A DNA stretch of 64,000 nt from Actinomycetota bacterium (GTDB lineage Bacteria; Actinomycetota; Aquicultoria; Subteraquimicrobiales; UBA9087): NCBI GenBank assembly GCA_030019215.1, contig JASEEZ010000001.1:16588-80587 (forward strand), in the 5' to 3' direction. A program made the translations under genes and the position numbers. Positions 1 through 11,185 of the stretch are shown piece after piece; within the stretch, counting starts at the first letter, position 1, and each line of letters opens with the position of its first letter. The notes under the pieces were generated by a model, which ran no database searches, was not told where the DNA came from, and was given only the letters and a program-made list of their open reading frames with translations.

Positions 1-415
1 AAGTTTCAAGCTCGCCCCGGGGATAACAATCGGTCGGATAACCAATAGCTTTGAGCTTCACCGGTCGTCCCGCTATTAGATCTTCGATAACGTGAGCCCC
101 GCCGTACCTCAAACCCAAGGTCTCCGAAAGCTCGCTCGCCCCGATATACACATCGACCGCAGCCAGACCAGCGTAAGCCGGAACATCATTCAGCCACACC
201 TTGCTCATCTTGATGGGAGGATCGGAGTGACCAAAATTGATCACCGCCCCCGTCGAGCACATCGGAGAAAAGGTCGCCGTGGTCACCACATCCACCTCTT
301 GGGCAACCCTCTTTATCCCTTTCTCCTTCACCAAATCTATTATCTCTTCGGCTGTGACCACCACGGCCTCGCCCTTCTTTATTCTTTCATTTATCTCCTC
401 AAAAGTCTTCACCAT
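1..415 (-). CDS. Homocysteine biosynthesis protein (DUF39 / L-aspartate semialdehyde sulfurtransferase, MA1821-like); 5' part only, runs off the window
   Basis: Not in the ORF track. Hand translation from ATG 415: MVKTFEEINERIKKGEAVVVTAEE...DVVTTATFSPMCSTGAVINFGHSDPPIKMSKVWLNDVPAYAGLAAVDVYIGASE. RBS GAGGAGGTG upstream. Confidence 0.88.
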   Translation of the reverse strand, partial: MVKTFEEINERIKKGEAVVVTAEEIIDLVKEKGIKRVAQEVDVVTTATFSPMCSTGAVINFGHSDPPIKMSKVWLNDVPAYAGLAAVDVYIGASELSETLGLRYGGAHVIEDLIAGRPVKLKAIGYPTDCYPRGELET

Positions 416-775
416 CTGGACACCTCCTCAAAGCCAGTCAATAACCTAAATCAATATCTAAAATGGGCTGTCAACGAGTCTGGTTTACACCCCGCTGTTG
501 GCAGAGTGAGGACTGTATGTCGAGAAGACCGTGTCGGAGCCCCACCAGAAAAAGCCCGAAAAACCGGAAGTCCGCGGGGGGCGAGACCCGAGCGGCGGCC
601 AAGAGAGTTTTTTGGTTAAATTACAACAAGGCCGACCGCGTGTCTTCGAGACATTTAAGTCCGAACTATATGTCAACCTATCTTGTCAATAAACCATTTA
701 TAAAATAGTGCATGTAAATTAGTCCCCCTGAACTTGCAAAACCATTTCTCATTTTAACACTCCTTTATTGAGAGC

Positions 776-1093
776 AAAATAAAAATCCCCCCGACCCTTA
801 TAGGACGAGAGGAACTCACGCGGTACCACCCAAATTCACCCCGATGGACATCGGGGCCTCTCTAAGATCACCAACCTTTAGTGGCCAACAGCCAGCGATC
901 GGTAATCCCTAGCCCATGATAACGGGAACATCCGTCCAGCTCTACTCTCCCTGCTGAAAAGCGGGGTTTCCTCTGAAGGCTCAGGGACCATGTTCGGCTT
1001 CCTCGATAGACCGACTTGCACCTAACTCGGCTCTCTGGGCAATCGTCCCCCACCAACGGTGGGGATAAAAGCCTACTCCTTCCCCTCAAAACC
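776..1093 (-). promoter_or_regulatory. T-box riboswitch, Met (AUG) specifier
   Basis: Minus strand shows a GA motif, AGUA loop-E, CAGAGAG/GGUGCAA distal motifs, specifier loop GAAC-AUG-G (989-991), AGUAGAG, CCCGUUA, T-box GGGUGGUACCGCG (819-831), then a terminator hairpin with U-run. Confidence 0.92.
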
Positions 1094-1115
1094 AAACTAT
1101 GAAATTGCAGTCAGG

Positions 1116-1272
1116 CTAGTGCCGTTACAACTAATTTTTCCTGAGAAATCTAAGCTTTTGTTCAATCTGTTTATTTAGCCCATTAGAATTTTTAATGTAA
1201 ATGCAGTTACTAACATCAAACAAAGTAAATTTAATTCTAACGGGCTGAAGCGACAAGTTGTAACGGTATTAG
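1116..1272. mobile_element. MITE-like element with 17-bp terminal inverted repeats
   Basis: CTAGTGCCGTTACAACT (1116-1132) and AGTTGTAACGGTATTAG (1256-1272) are 15/17 complementary. The same TIR recurs at 19731-19938. Confidence 0.75.
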
Positions 1273-1296
1273 CATAAAAACAGTGGGATGTCAAAC

Positions 1297-1327
1297 AAAA
1301 CCAGCTACTCTTAGAGTAGCTGGTTTT
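1297..1327. terminator. Intrinsic terminator hairpin (bidirectional type)
   Basis: AAAACCAGCTACTC-TTA-GAGTAGCTGGTTTT is a perfect inverted repeat just downstream of the PHP-domain gene. Confidence 0.8.
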
Positions 1328-1347
1328 GTTCATTTCGTCTGTGGACC

Positions 1348-3377
1348 TCACAAATCAAACAAAAAGAGTGACCGATATGAGAGATCATCCATTGCCCAGT
1401 AATTGGAAGCATCATGGACCACTAAGTCTTTATGGGCGTGGTAGATCTAAGTCTGATGGGTGCACTATAGCCATACACCTGACCGAGAGAGCCACTTGCC
1501 ACGAGATTACCGGAGGAATCATACCCTTCCATCATCACTCCATAGGCGGCGCTGAACCAGGCCTCTACATATTTTACAGGTTCATCAAAGATAATCGTTC
1601 CCGAGTTTGAGTCAAGTCCCGTCCAGACCTGTTTGGTTCCCGAGTGGGGAGGATAACCGGCAGTGTTGTACCAACCGGTGGCATGGTCTGCACACCTCCA
1701 CTCTGGAGAAAAGATAAGACCTGGATAGTGTGTTCCCACAAACTGCCCTTCAACCAGGTCCTCAAATGTAACCAGTGGCTTGATCCAAATGGGATTGGTG
1801 TAGACGGGCTCTACCAAAGAACCGCTGATCCTGAATTCCACTTTGACGCGAAAATAGCAATCAGATTGCGGATAAGGATAATCACTCGGCTTGGTTGGAT
1901 TAATGGTGATCGTAGTCTTACTAGCATTGAAAGTAGCCGCTGGTGCATAGCTAGAATGAAGAACGATTCGGCTTATCCTCCTTCCATCCACACCAAGTGC
2001 TTGAATGTTAATGGTGATTGGTTCCCCAGGAAGTATTTCCTTAACATCTCCAATGTTGGCTGGAGCGGGATTGCTGGATGTAGTGATAGTAAAAACGGCC
2101 AAAGACCCATCCCTAGATGCCACACAGCGTCCATTCCTCAAGGCAGTGTAAACGGCTGTGTGATCCACACCATTCCAGTTGGGCATATATAGATAAGTCA
2201 TAGTCTTACCAAAAGCATCGAATGGAATGTGGGAATCGCTGTTTGCCACGCCAACTACACAATTGCCCTTGTTTAAGAGCCCAATCCACTTAGCTACCGT
2301 CGTATCTAGCACCGTAGAATATGTCGAATAGGGCCCACTCATAAGCTCCATCCCCGCGTATCCCCTAGCATCCCAGTAGTCCCAGGGATAGGGCGTCCAG
2401 TATGGGTGGGCAATGATGCCAAAGGAGTTAGGAGAATTGTGAGCATTAACGGCACTGATAATTTGCTGCCCATCACGGTATTCGGGATTGTAATTCCAGA
2501 AGAACGTGCCTAAGTTATAGCCCAAATAGTGGCTATCATGACCGGTTGCGTCATTTATCTCGGTGCTTATCTCCTCTCCATTCATCACCGCTATTGAGTA
2601 ACGAACTTGAGCCGCTGCGCATTCAGCAGTTTCCTCGTCCCACCTAGTCGCTGTCAACCATTGCGCGTGGTCCGTCATTATGATCCACTTAAGGCCCTCA
2701 TCTGAAGCATCATCTGCTCTATCATCCACCGAATAAAGAGGCGCGTCGCTGAAATTTGTATGAATGTGACCATCGCCCGCATGCCAGCCCGTGATGGAAG
2801 GAAGGGCCGCCAGGTAGAAAATAGAAAAAGTCTTCCCGTATTGGACAGACTTTCCGGATACGGTGAAATCGCCAATCACCTCAAAGGTGAAAACATCACC
2901 TACCTTCAGGGAAGGATTTATCTCCTTTAAATCGAGGTAAAACTTTTGAGTGTGCAAACCAGCCACAATATCCTTAAGCTGCTCTTTATAAATCCGTCTT
3001 TGTACCTCAGCAACTTCTGGATCCCTGAATCCAAGAAGTCCTCTTAATGCTTCAGTGTCCCCAATCTTATCGGAGACATTCTTCAACTCCTCACCGACGA
3101 CTGTCTCACGGATCTTTTTCCCCTCCGAGTCGAACACACCAACCTTTTTGAGAACAACCTTGCTTTTATCTTTTTGCACATTCGCACTTACCACTTTAAG
3201 CGAGGTCTCCGCCGCTGGCTCACGAATAAACTCCAGCCCAACGACTTCAAATAAAACACCGCCATTATCACCACCGGTGCTCTCGATGTTGCCAAAAACC
3301 GGTATCGAAAAAGAACCGAGTAAGGTGAGCACCAAAACGAGAACCAAAAAACTTCTGGAAATCTTTTTAAACTTCAT
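1348..3377 (-). CDS. Secreted PHP-domain metallohydrolase (CehA/McbA-like) with C-terminal beta domains; probable frameshift near 1425
   Basis: Signal peptide; PHP motifs GDGHIHTNFSD, TDH, AHP, ANSDSH. The ORF stops at 1422, but the shifted frame continues LVVHDASNYWAMDDLSY to TGA 1348. Confidence 0.7.
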
Positions 3378-3483
3378 GATCTCCTCCCTCCGAACCCCCG
3401 ACCTACAAATTGTTCTTATAGTTCATCGCTCCTTATCATCACTCCTCTCACATAAAGAATTTCCTTAGAACCACTTCTCAAAA

Positions 3484-3912
3484 CTACCCATACTTTTTAT
3501 TGTGAAGTACCTGTAAAATTTTGTTTATGGCAAGTAAAACCAGGCAAAGGCCGGAGAAAATCACCCATAGGTAAAAATATCCCATGGGACAACAAGCATC
3601 TATAACAGCGAGTATGCAGAGGAGAAAAGTGCCAAAGATCAACAACAACGGCCACAGCCAGACAAAAGAATTGCGCTTGGTAAAAAACAGTCTTTTTTGG
3701 TAAGCCATCACCAGCCCGTAGAGAAAAGACCAAAAAATCAAATCATTGACATCATAAGACCTGTACAACTCCCAAAAGCTGAGTTCAACCCTGATAATCT
3801 TGGTCCTGATCTGAAAAATAAGGGCAAAGGCAAAAAACAGGGCAGCAAATACAAGCCCTTGCTTGATTGCTATAACCCACTTTTGAGAATTAGTTAACCG
3901 TTGTTCCTGCAA
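3484..3912 (-). CDS. Hypothetical membrane protein (about 4 TM)
   Basis: Hydrophobic segments. TTG 3912 with RBS AGAGG just after the upstream stop is the likely start; the ORF-track start 4080 overlaps the neighbour. Confidence 0.55.
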   Translation of the reverse strand: MQEQRLTNSQKWVIAIKQGLVFAALFFAFALIFQIRTKIIRVELSFWELYRSYDVNDLIFWSFLYGLVMAYQKRLFFTKRNSFVWLWPLLLIFGTFLLCILAVIDACCPMGYFYLWVIFSGLCLVLLAINKILQVLHNKKYG

Positions 3913-3934
3913 AGTAGTTAGCCTCTTTCTGTAA

Positions 3935-4585
3935 TTAACCAGATTTATCCAAGGCCAGGCACAGAGTGGAGTAGCCCAGAGCGTATCCAAGGAAGCTCCA
4001 CAGGCCCACCCAACACAAAAAGGCGAGACCCTCCATGATAAATCTATAGTCCTGGTAGGAAACCCGATAGAAAGGCTCACCCAAAAATAAAACCAGCGCC
4101 AGCGGCAGAAGCGAGATGAGCAAGGCAGTCCATCTTTTCAAGAGGGCAAAGCGAATGGAGAGACCGAGGAGGAAAGCTAAAATGATCAAAAGAGAACGCA
4201 GCTCTGCCAATCTTAATGGCATCATCCACTCTCTCACTCCGATGAGGTCTCGAAAGAGCAACTCGGACCACACCAGAGGCACAGAGGTGAGCAATCCAAA
4301 ACAAAAGACCAAGGAGGCCAGAGAAAAATCTCTCACCTTCCAACGGTAAAGAAGGAAGAAGGAAAGGGTATATCCTGCCGTTATTATGGGAGTGAGAAAA
4401 ATAAAACCAGGCCTCATTCCGCCGATCGCAATTACAAAATAGAGCACCAGAGCTGCCAGAAGCGAACAGAGGTATATGACCACCTGGCTGATGAGCACGA
4501 TCTGCCAGTTTTTCAGTTCCCAATTAGCAATCATAGAAAACAGCTCCTGTTGATTTTTCGGTCTCCTTTCATGTTCGATATTCAA
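3935..4585 (-). CDS. Hypothetical polytopic membrane protein (about 6 TM)
   Basis: 216-aa ORF with repeated hydrophobic helices; RBS GAAGGA upstream. Confidence 0.6.
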   Translation of the reverse strand: MNIEHERRPKNQQELFSMIANWELKNWQIVLISQVVIYLCSLLAALVLYFVIAIGGMRPGFIFLTPIITAGYTLSFFLLYRWKVRDFSLASLVFCFGLLTSVPLVWSELLFRDLIGVREWMMPLRLAELRSLLIILAFLLGLSIRFALLKRWTALLISLLPLALVLFLGEPFYRVSYQDYRFIMEGLAFLCWVGLWSFLGYALGYSTLCLALDKSG

Positions 4586-4670
4586 AACAAAATTCCTTCA
4601 TAATAAAAATATTGAAAATGCAGAATTTATCGTGAAATGATATTGCGGGGAATGAATCAAGAAATTCGAC

Positions 4671-6797
4671 CTACTGCACCTTCTCCAGGGGAGCGTAACT
4701 GACGAGAAGAGTTTTTTCTCCCTCCGTGGGAAAGAGGACAGTCACCTGATCAGAACCCTTGACGGCCACGACCTTACCCCGGCCAAACTTCTTGTGCATG
4801 ACTTCATCGCCGACGGCAAAGGTGACTTCAACTTGCTGAGGTGTGGGTATCTTTACTTCCACCTCCTCAACAGGCTGGATAAGAACCTCCGGTATCTCCC
4901 TTAAAAACCTGGATTGCATCTGATAAGAGGTGCCTCCCCAGAGACTTCTTGACCAGGCATGAGTGAGATAAAGTCTCTCCTTAGCGCGGGTGATTCCCAC
5001 GTAACACAGACGACGTTCCTCCTCGAGCTCGGAGAGGTCTGTCAGAGAACGGATGTGCGGAAAGATTCCGTCCTCCATACCGGCCACAAAGACCACGGGG
5101 AACTCCAAACCCTTGGCATTGTGTAGGGTCATCAAAGTGACGGCCTCGGCCTCCTCCTCGTAAAGATCTATGTCAGTGAGCAGGGATATGTGTTCTAGGA
5201 AATCGCCCAGGGTAGCATCGGGGAGATTGGTCTCGAACTCCCGGGCGACGGAGAGCAACTCTTTCACGTTCTCTACCTTTCCCATTGCTTCCACCGTCCG
5301 CTCCTCCTCCAGAGCGGCGACGTAACCTGTCCTCTCGAGAACAGACTGAATGAAATCGAAGAGACTCCTCTTCCCCACAAGCTCACCGAGCTCATCAAGC
5401 ATGCTTAAGAAATTCCCTATCCCTTTTTTGGCTCGATCGGTCAACCACCCCGCCAGCGGTGGGGTATCCGCCCTCTTTAAGGCCTCATAAAAACCGATGT
5501 TCTCCTTAGCAGCAAGTTTTTCCACATTCTCGAGTGTGGTCTTCCCTATGCCTCTCTTGGGAACGTTTATGATCCTCTTCAAGCTCACGGCATCTTCGGG
5601 ATTGGAGATGGCCCTGAGATAAGCCAGGATGTCCTTGATCTCCGCTCGCTCGTAGAATCTCAAACCCCCCACTATCTTATAGGGAAGGCCGAATCTCATG
5701 AAGACATCCTCAAAGACGCGCGACTGGGCATTGGTGCGGTAAAAGATAGCAAAATTCCCGTATTTTCTTTCCTCGATCTCGCGCAATCGTTCTATCTCGG
5801 TGGCCACGAAAGCTGCCTCATCGTGCTCGTTTTCCGCCTGATATCTGGTGATGGCCTCCCCCGGGGCATTGGTTGTCCACAAAGACTTTGGCTTTCTACC
5901 CCGATTATTCTGAATGACATAATTGGCGGCCTCTAGAATCACCTGAGTTGAGCGATAGTTTTGATCCAGGGTGATCACCTTTGCATCGGGGTAGTCGTTT
6001 TCGAACTCCAAAATGTTTCGGATATCCGCCCCCCTGAACTGGTAAATACTCTGGTCAGGATCACCCACCACAGCAAGATTGCGATATCCCCCGGCCAACA
6101 GATTCACGAAGACATATTGGGCGTGGTTAGTGTCCTGGTACTCGTCGATCAGAATGTATTTGAACTTCTCCTGGTAGGCTTTCAAGACATTTGGAAAGAG
6201 CTGAAAGAGATTGACCACGAACATTATTAAATCGTCGAAGTCCATAGCGTTGCTCTGATAAATCTTTTGTTGGTAAAGGTGATAGACATCGGCGATGACC
6301 TTATCCAAATAGGTCTGAGCACGAGAGGCAAAGGTTTCGGCATCAATGAGTTCATTCTTGGCCGCGGAGATCGCCGAGGCCATCGAGGTCGGCGGAAAAC
6401 GCTTGGTATCCAGATTCAAATCCTTAAGGCAGGCTGAGACCAACCTGTTGGAATCACCTTGATCATAAATGACAAAGTTCCTCTTGTAACCAAGGCGATG
6501 GGCTTCTTTTCGCAAAATCTTGGCGCAGGTGGCATGAAATGTCCCGATCCACATCCGCTCACTTATCTCACCAATGAGCTGCTCGATGCGCTCTTTCATC
6601 TCCTCGGCGGCCTTGTTGGTGAAGGTGATGGCCAGGATACTCTGGGGATTGACTCCCTTCTCCTTTATGAGATAGGCAACCCGATAGGTGAGAACGCGAG
6701 TCTTCCCGCTACCCGCCCCCGCCAACATGAGGAGAGGGCCTTCGATGTGAGTGACGGCATCTCTTTGAACTGGACTCAAATCCTGAAGCAACTCCAT
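4671..6797 (-). CDS. pcrA: ATP-dependent DNA helicase PcrA/UvrD
   Basis: AGAGSGKT, DEYQD, VGDPDQSIY, QNYRS, TLHNAKGLEF, EEERRLCYVGITRA motifs; C-terminal Tudor-like domain. Confidence 0.97.
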   Translation of the reverse strand: MELLQDLSPVQRDAVTHIEGPLLMLAGAGSGKTRVLTYRVAYLIKEKGVNPQSILAITFTNKAAEEMKERIEQLIGEISERMWIGTFHATCAKILRKEAHRLGYKRNFVIYDQGDSNRLVSACLKDLNLDTKRFPPTSMASAISAAKNELIDAETFASRAQTYLDKVIADVYHLYQQKIYQSNAMDFDDLIMFVVNLFQLFPNVLKAYQEKFKYILIDEYQDTNHAQYVFVNLLAGGYRNLAVVGDPDQSIYQFRGADIRNILEFENDYPDAKVITLDQNYRSTQVILEAANYVIQNNRGRKPKSLWTTNAPGEAITRYQAENEHDEAAFVATEIERLREIEERKYGNFAIFYRTNAQSRVFEDVFMRFGLPYKIVGGLRFYERAEIKDILAYLRAISNPEDAVSLKRIINVPKRGIGKTTLENVEKLAAKENIGFYEALKRADTPPLAGWLTDRAKKGIGNFLSMLDELGELVGKRSLFDFIQSVLERTGYVAALEEERTVEAMGKVENVKELLSVAREFETNLPDATLGDFLEHISLLTDIDLYEEEAEAVTLMTLHNAKGLEFPVVFVAGMEDGIFPHIRSLTDLSELEEERRLCYVGITRAKERLYLTHAWSRSLWGGTSYQMQSRFLREIPEVLIQPVEEVEVKIPTPQQVEVTFAVGDEVMHKKFGRGKVVAVKGSDQVTVLFPTEGEKTLLVSYAPLEKVQ

Positions 6798-6919
6798 AGC
6801 TTAATTATAAACTGTGATCATGGAAAGCAAAACCGCGCGAGTAAGTCCAATTAGTCTTTCTAATACAAGACGAGAAAGTGATATGCTTTTCTTGAAAGTA
6901 GCTCTTTTAGGAGTAAACC

Positions 6920-8053
6920 ATGAGATATCCGCCGCTCTCGGTCAAAAAAGTGCGGTGCAAGCTCTGTGGAAAGACTTCTGAGTTCATCGCGAGCTCGTTG
7001 AGTGTTTGCGCAGCGTGCATAAAAGACCACCCGGAGAAAGCAAGGGTCTTCATCCTGCAGGCCCACGCCAAAAGCAAGAAACAGTTTGGGCTCCCCGCCA
7101 CCCCACCGAGGATTCCAGGAGGAGCAAAATGCAATATCTGTGTGAACGAGTGCCAGATTGGCGAGGAGGAATTGGGTTTTTGTGGCTTGCGCACAAACCG
7201 CGGCGGCAAGCTCTCCCACCTGGGTGGTACTCCTTCTAAAGGTATAGTCAGTTGGTATTACGATCCCCTGCCCACGAACTGCGTTGCAGATTGGGTCTGT
7301 CCCGCTGGAAGCGAGTGTGGCTATCCAAAATATTCTTACTCGCCAGGCATGGAACACGGCTACAAGAATCTGGCCGTCTTTCTGGGTGCCTGTTCTTTCG
7401 ACTGCCTCTTCTGTCAAAACTGGCATTACAGGGCGATGACCCAGAGCTTGTCGCCGATGCAAATGGCCGAGGACCTAGCAAATGCTGTGGACGGCCAGAC
7501 CGCCTGTATCTGCTACTTCGGCGGAGACCCCACTCCACAACTGCCCTTTGCCCTGGCAGCCTCAAGAATCGCCCTTGAAAAAAACAGGAGCAGGATTTTG
7601 CGAATCTGCTGGGAGACGAACGGAACGATGAACCCAAAACTGGCCCGAAAAGTGGCGGAAATTTCTCTAAAGACCGGAGGATGTGTGAAGTTCGACCTCA
7701 AGGCCTGGGACGAGAACCTCAACATCGCCCTAACCGGGGTGACCAACGGGAGAACCCTGGAAAACTTCGAGATGTTGGCAAGCTACATCAAGGAAAGACC
7801 GGAGCCGCCCTTCCTGGTGGCGAGCACCCTCCTCGTCCCTGGATATATAGACGCCCGGGAAGTATTTCAAATCGCCAGGTTCATTGCCGGCCTAGACCCT
7901 ACCATCCCCTATTCGCTGCTCGCCTTCTACCCCTGCTTTCACTTCATGGACATCCCCACGACCTCCTGGAAACAGGCAAAAGAGTGCCAGGAAGCGGCGC
8001 TGGAGGCGGGGCTTAAAAGGATTAGGATCGGAAATGTACACCTACTGAGCTAA
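6920..8053 (+). CDS. Radical SAM protein (PFL-activase/AmmeMemoRadiSam-like)
   Basis: CSFDCLFCQN CxxxCxxC motif, extra N-terminal Cys clusters, FGGDPTPQ, WETNG, C-terminal GNVHL. Confidence 0.85.
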   Translation: MRYPPLSVKKVRCKLCGKTSEFIASSLSVCAACIKDHPEKARVFILQAHAKSKKQFGLPATPPRIPGGAKCNICVNECQIGEEELGFCGLRTNRGGKLSHLGGTPSKGIVSWYYDPLPTNCVADWVCPAGSECGYPKYSYSPGMEHGYKNLAVFLGACSFDCLFCQNWHYRAMTQSLSPMQMAEDLANAVDGQTACICYFGGDPTPQLPFALAASRIALEKNRSRILRICWETNGTMNPKLARKVAEISLKTGGCVKFDLKAWDENLNIALTGVTNGRTLENFEMLASYIKERPEPPFLVASTLLVPGYIDAREVFQIARFIAGLDPTIPYSLLAFYPCFHFMDIPTTSWKQAKECQEAALEAGLKRIRIGNVHLLS

Positions 8054-8080
8054 GGAAGCCTTCCCAAAGAGGGGCTCTTG

Positions 8081-8347
8081 TTACTCCATATCCTTCATGT
8101 AATGAAGAATCTTTTTGTAAATCTCGCGGATAGCCTCGTCAGAGAGGGGACCGGAGTTGTTAGCCGAAAGTTTCCTGTATATCTCCCCTTCTCTTTCCGG
8201 ATCGTAAATGGGGATACCCTTTTCTTCTTTGAACTTCCGAATTGCCAGGGCAATCTGGGCCCTCTCGTTCAAAAGACCTACCACTTTCTCATCGATTTCA
8301 TCTACCTGCTCTCTTAATTCTTCTATCTTTTTTTCAATCTCTGACAT
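8081..8347 (-). CDS. Chorismate mutase (AroQ, type II)
   Basis: IEELREQVDEIDEKVVGLLNERA...K...IYDPERE motif. Confidence 0.9.
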   Translation of the reverse strand: MSEIEKKIEELREQVDEIDEKVVGLLNERAQIALAIRKFKEEKGIPIYDPEREGEIYRKLSANNSGPLSDEAIREIYKKILHYMKDME

Positions 8348-8360
8348 AAGCCCCCCATTT

Positions 8361-8452
8361 AGTCGCCAGCTGCCAGGAGCCAGGAGCCAGATTCCAGTCG
8401 CCAGCTGCCTTTAGTCTTGCTGGAGGCTGGGAGCTGATAGCTGGATGCCGCT
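8361..8452. repeat. Heptamer-periodic inverted repeat
   Basis: GCCAGGA/GCCAGCT-type units face GCTGGAG/GCTGATA-type units between guaA and chorismate mutase. Confidence 0.6.
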
Positions 8453-9997
8453 TTATTCCCACTCGATCGTGCTCGGCGGCTTCGAGCTGACGTCATAGAC
8501 CACCCTGCTAACCCCGGAAACCTCATTGATTATGCGATTGGACATCGCCTCTAAGACCTCGTGGGGAAGACGAGCCCAATCGGCAGTCATCGCATCCTCG
8601 CTGGTAACAGCGCGAACAACGATTGGATAAAAATATGTCCTCTCATCCCCCATCACGCCAACCGTACGTACACAAGGAAGAACGGCGAAGGACTGCCAGA
8701 GCTTCTTGTAAAGACCAGCCCGCTTTATCTCCTCCTCCACTATGGAATCGGCCTGCCTCAGTATCTCCAGTCTCTCGGGTGTTACCTCCCCAATTATCCT
8801 GATGGCCAATCCCGGACCCGGGAAGGGCTGCCGCCAGACTATCTCTTCCGGAAGACCCAACTCCTCCCCGATCGCTCGAACTTCATCCTTGAAGAGGAGC
8901 CGCAACGGCTCAATCAGCTCGAAATCGTGCTTCATAGGGATACCGCCCACATTGTGATGAGTCTTTATCTTGGCCGCATCGCGGGTGCCGCTTTCGATAA
9001 CATCCGGGTAGAGCGTACCTTGGACCAGGAATCTCACATCCTTAAGGCTCCGGGCAAACTCCTCGAAGACCCGAATGAACTCCTCTCCGATGAAGACGCG
9101 CTTGTGCTCAGGGTCGGTTACACCCTTCAGTTTCTTCAAGAACCTGTCTTGGGCCTTAATGTGGGCCAGATTTATCTTGAAATGTTTGCGAAAAGTCTCC
9201 TCTACCTGTTCAGCTTCGCCCTTGCGCAAGAGCCCATGATCGACGAAAACGCAGGTTAAGTTGTCCCCAACAGCTTTGTGGACAAGAATAGCCGCCACAG
9301 CCGAATCCACACCCCCACTCAAGCCACAGATAACCTTGCCATCCCCAACAACTCTTTTTATATCCTCGATCGACTTTTCAATTATGGACACCATCGTCCA
9401 GGTAGGGCTGCAACTCGCCGCCTTGAAGAGGAAATTCTTCAGGATATCCATCCCAAAAGGAGTGTGAGCGACCTCGGGGTGAAACTGAACACCATAGAGC
9501 TTGGCATCATCGTTCTCCATGGCAGCTACGGGGGAGACTTCGGTGCGAGCCGTGGCCCCGAAACCGGGGGGAGGCAATTTCACCAGGTCACGATGGCTCA
9601 TCCAGACATTTTGTTTGAGAGGCAACCCGTCAAAGAGGATGGTATCCTCTCCGGCCGTCAGTTTTGTCTTCCCGTACTCGCTTATCCCCGTTCGAGCAAC
9701 TTCGCCACCCATCGAGTGGGCCATCAGCTGCATACCATAACAGATGCCTAGCACCGGGATGCCCAGTTTAAATATCTCCTCATCGCAAGAAGGGGCTTCC
9801 TTGACATAGACGCTGGCGGGACCACCCGAGAGGATCAGCGCCACGGGCTTTCGTCTCTTTACCTCCTCGATGGAGATGTCGTAGGGCACAATCTCGGAGT
9901 AAACCTTGCATTCGCGCACTCGCCGGGCGATGAGCTGCGCATATTGAGCACCAAAGTCGACCACCAATACCGTCTGCAAATTGTCTTTTTTGCTCAT
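8453..9997 (-). CDS. guaA: GMP synthase (glutamine-hydrolysing)
   Basis: [41 protein letters not shown]. Confidence 0.98.
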   Translation of the reverse strand: MSKKDNLQTVLVVDFGAQYAQLIARRVRECKVYSEIVPYDISIEEVKRRKPVALILSGGPASVYVKEAPSCDEEIFKLGIPVLGICYGMQLMAHSMGGEVARTGISEYGKTKLTAGEDTILFDGLPLKQNVWMSHRDLVKLPPPGFGATARTEVSPVAAMENDDAKLYGVQFHPEVAHTPFGMDILKNFLFKAASCSPTWTMVSIIEKSIEDIKRVVGDGKVICGLSGGVDSAVAAILVHKAVGDNLTCVFVDHGLLRKGEAEQVEETFRKHFKINLAHIKAQDRFLKKLKGVTDPEHKRVFIGEEFIRVFEEFARSLKDVRFLVQGTLYPDVIESGTRDAAKIKTHHNVGGIPMKHDFELIEPLRLLFKDEVRAIGEELGLPEEIVWRQPFPGPGLAIRIIGEVTPERLEILRQADSIVEEEIKRAGLYKKLWQSFAVLPCVRTVGVMGDERTYFYPIVVRAVTSEDAMTADWARLPHEVLEAMSNRIINEVSGVSRVVYDVSSKPPSTIEWE

Positions 9998-10027
9998 CCC
10001 TTACTTTTCCACCCAACCATTGCTCAG

Positions 10028-11185
10028 CTACCCCATTCCAACCTTCTGTATCTGCTGAAGTAATTTGCCCTCGGTTTTGAGCGCCGGGGCGACCATGATC
10101 TCGGCCTTCTGAAAATCCTTAATGTTTTGATAGCCGCAGGTGGCCATGGATGTTCTCAGAGCCCCAAAAAGATTGAGGGTGCCATCATTTTCATGGGCCG
10201 GCCCCAGCAAAATTTCCCTCAGGGTCCCAGCGATACCACATTGAACGCGTGTACCCCTCGGTAACTGTGGATGGAATGTGGCCATCCCCCAATGATAGCC
10301 GAGCCCTGGAGCCTCTTCGGCCCGAGCCAAGGGTGAGCCGATCATGACAGCATCCGCCCCACAAGCTATGGCTTTGGCAATGTCCCCGCCCGTTCGCATC
10401 CCTCCATCGGCAATGACGTGGACATATTCGCCTGTTTCATCAAGATGTCTCAATCTGGCCGCTGCGGCGTCGGCGATGGCCGTCGCTTGAGGGACACCGA
10501 TCCCTAAGACCTGGCGGGTCGTACAAGCGGCACCCGGTCCCACCCCAACCAGGATACCCACCGCCCCGGTTCTCATTAAGTGAAGGGCTGTGGAATAAGA
10601 ACAACAACCTCCGACGACGACCGGAATATCTAGAGAAGCGATGAACTTATTCAGATCCAGAGGTTCACAGACTGTACTCACATGCTCCGCGCTGACCACG
10701 GTCCCCTGAATGACGAGGATATCCAAACCGGCTTCGAGGGCATACCTGTAATACTGCTCAACACGCTGCGGAGTAAGAGAAGCAGCGGCCACCACCCCAG
10801 CCTTCTTGATCTCCTCGATTCTTTTCCCGATGAGCTCCGGCTTTACCGGCTCCTCGTAAATCTCCTGAAGGCCCCTTGTGGCTTCCTCCTTTGAGAAAGA
10901 GACAATGCGCTCAAAGATAGGGCCCAGATCCTCATACCTGGTCTGCAATCCCTCGAGATTAAGCACGGCCAGACCACCGAGCTTGCCCATCGCGACAGAA
11001 AATTTTGGATCCACCACACCATCCATCGCCGAAGCCAAGCAGGGCAAATCGAAGCGAAGATCGCCTATCTCCCAGCCAATATCCACATCCTCCGGATCGC
11101 GGGTTCTTCGGCTTGGAACGATGGCGATGTCATCGAATCCGTAAGCTACCCTTCCCACTTTACCTTTACCGACCTCTACTTCCAT
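10028..11185 (-). CDS. guaB: IMP dehydrogenase-family protein, GuaB3 type (no CBS domains)
   Basis: [41 protein letters not shown] signatures. Confidence 0.93.
   Translation of the reverse strand: MEVEVGKGKVGRVAYGFDDIAIVPSRRTRDPEDVDIGWEIGDLRFDLPCLASAMDGVVDPKFSVAMGKLGGLAVLNLEGLQTRYEDLGPIFERIVSFSKEEATRGLQEIYEEPVKPELIGKRIEEIKKAGVVAAASLTPQRVEQYYRYALEAGLDILVIQGTVVSAEHVSTVCEPLDLNKFIASLDIPVVVGGCCSYSTALHLMRTGAVGILVGVGPGAACTTRQVLGIGVPQATAIADAAAARLRHLDETGEYVHVIADGGMRTGGDIAKAIACGADAVMIGSPLARAEEAPGLGYHWGMATFHPQLPRGTRVQCGIAGTLREILLGPAHENDGTLNLFGALRTSMATCGYQNIKDFQKAEIMVAPALKTEGKLLQQIQKVGMG

Noticed and set aside
465..740. Possible IS ends or ncRNA between the T-box and the DUF39 gene
   Set aside because: GGGCTGTCAAC... 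and ...TTACAACAAGGCC match only weakly as inverted repeats. I recognised no riboswitch motif or transposase.
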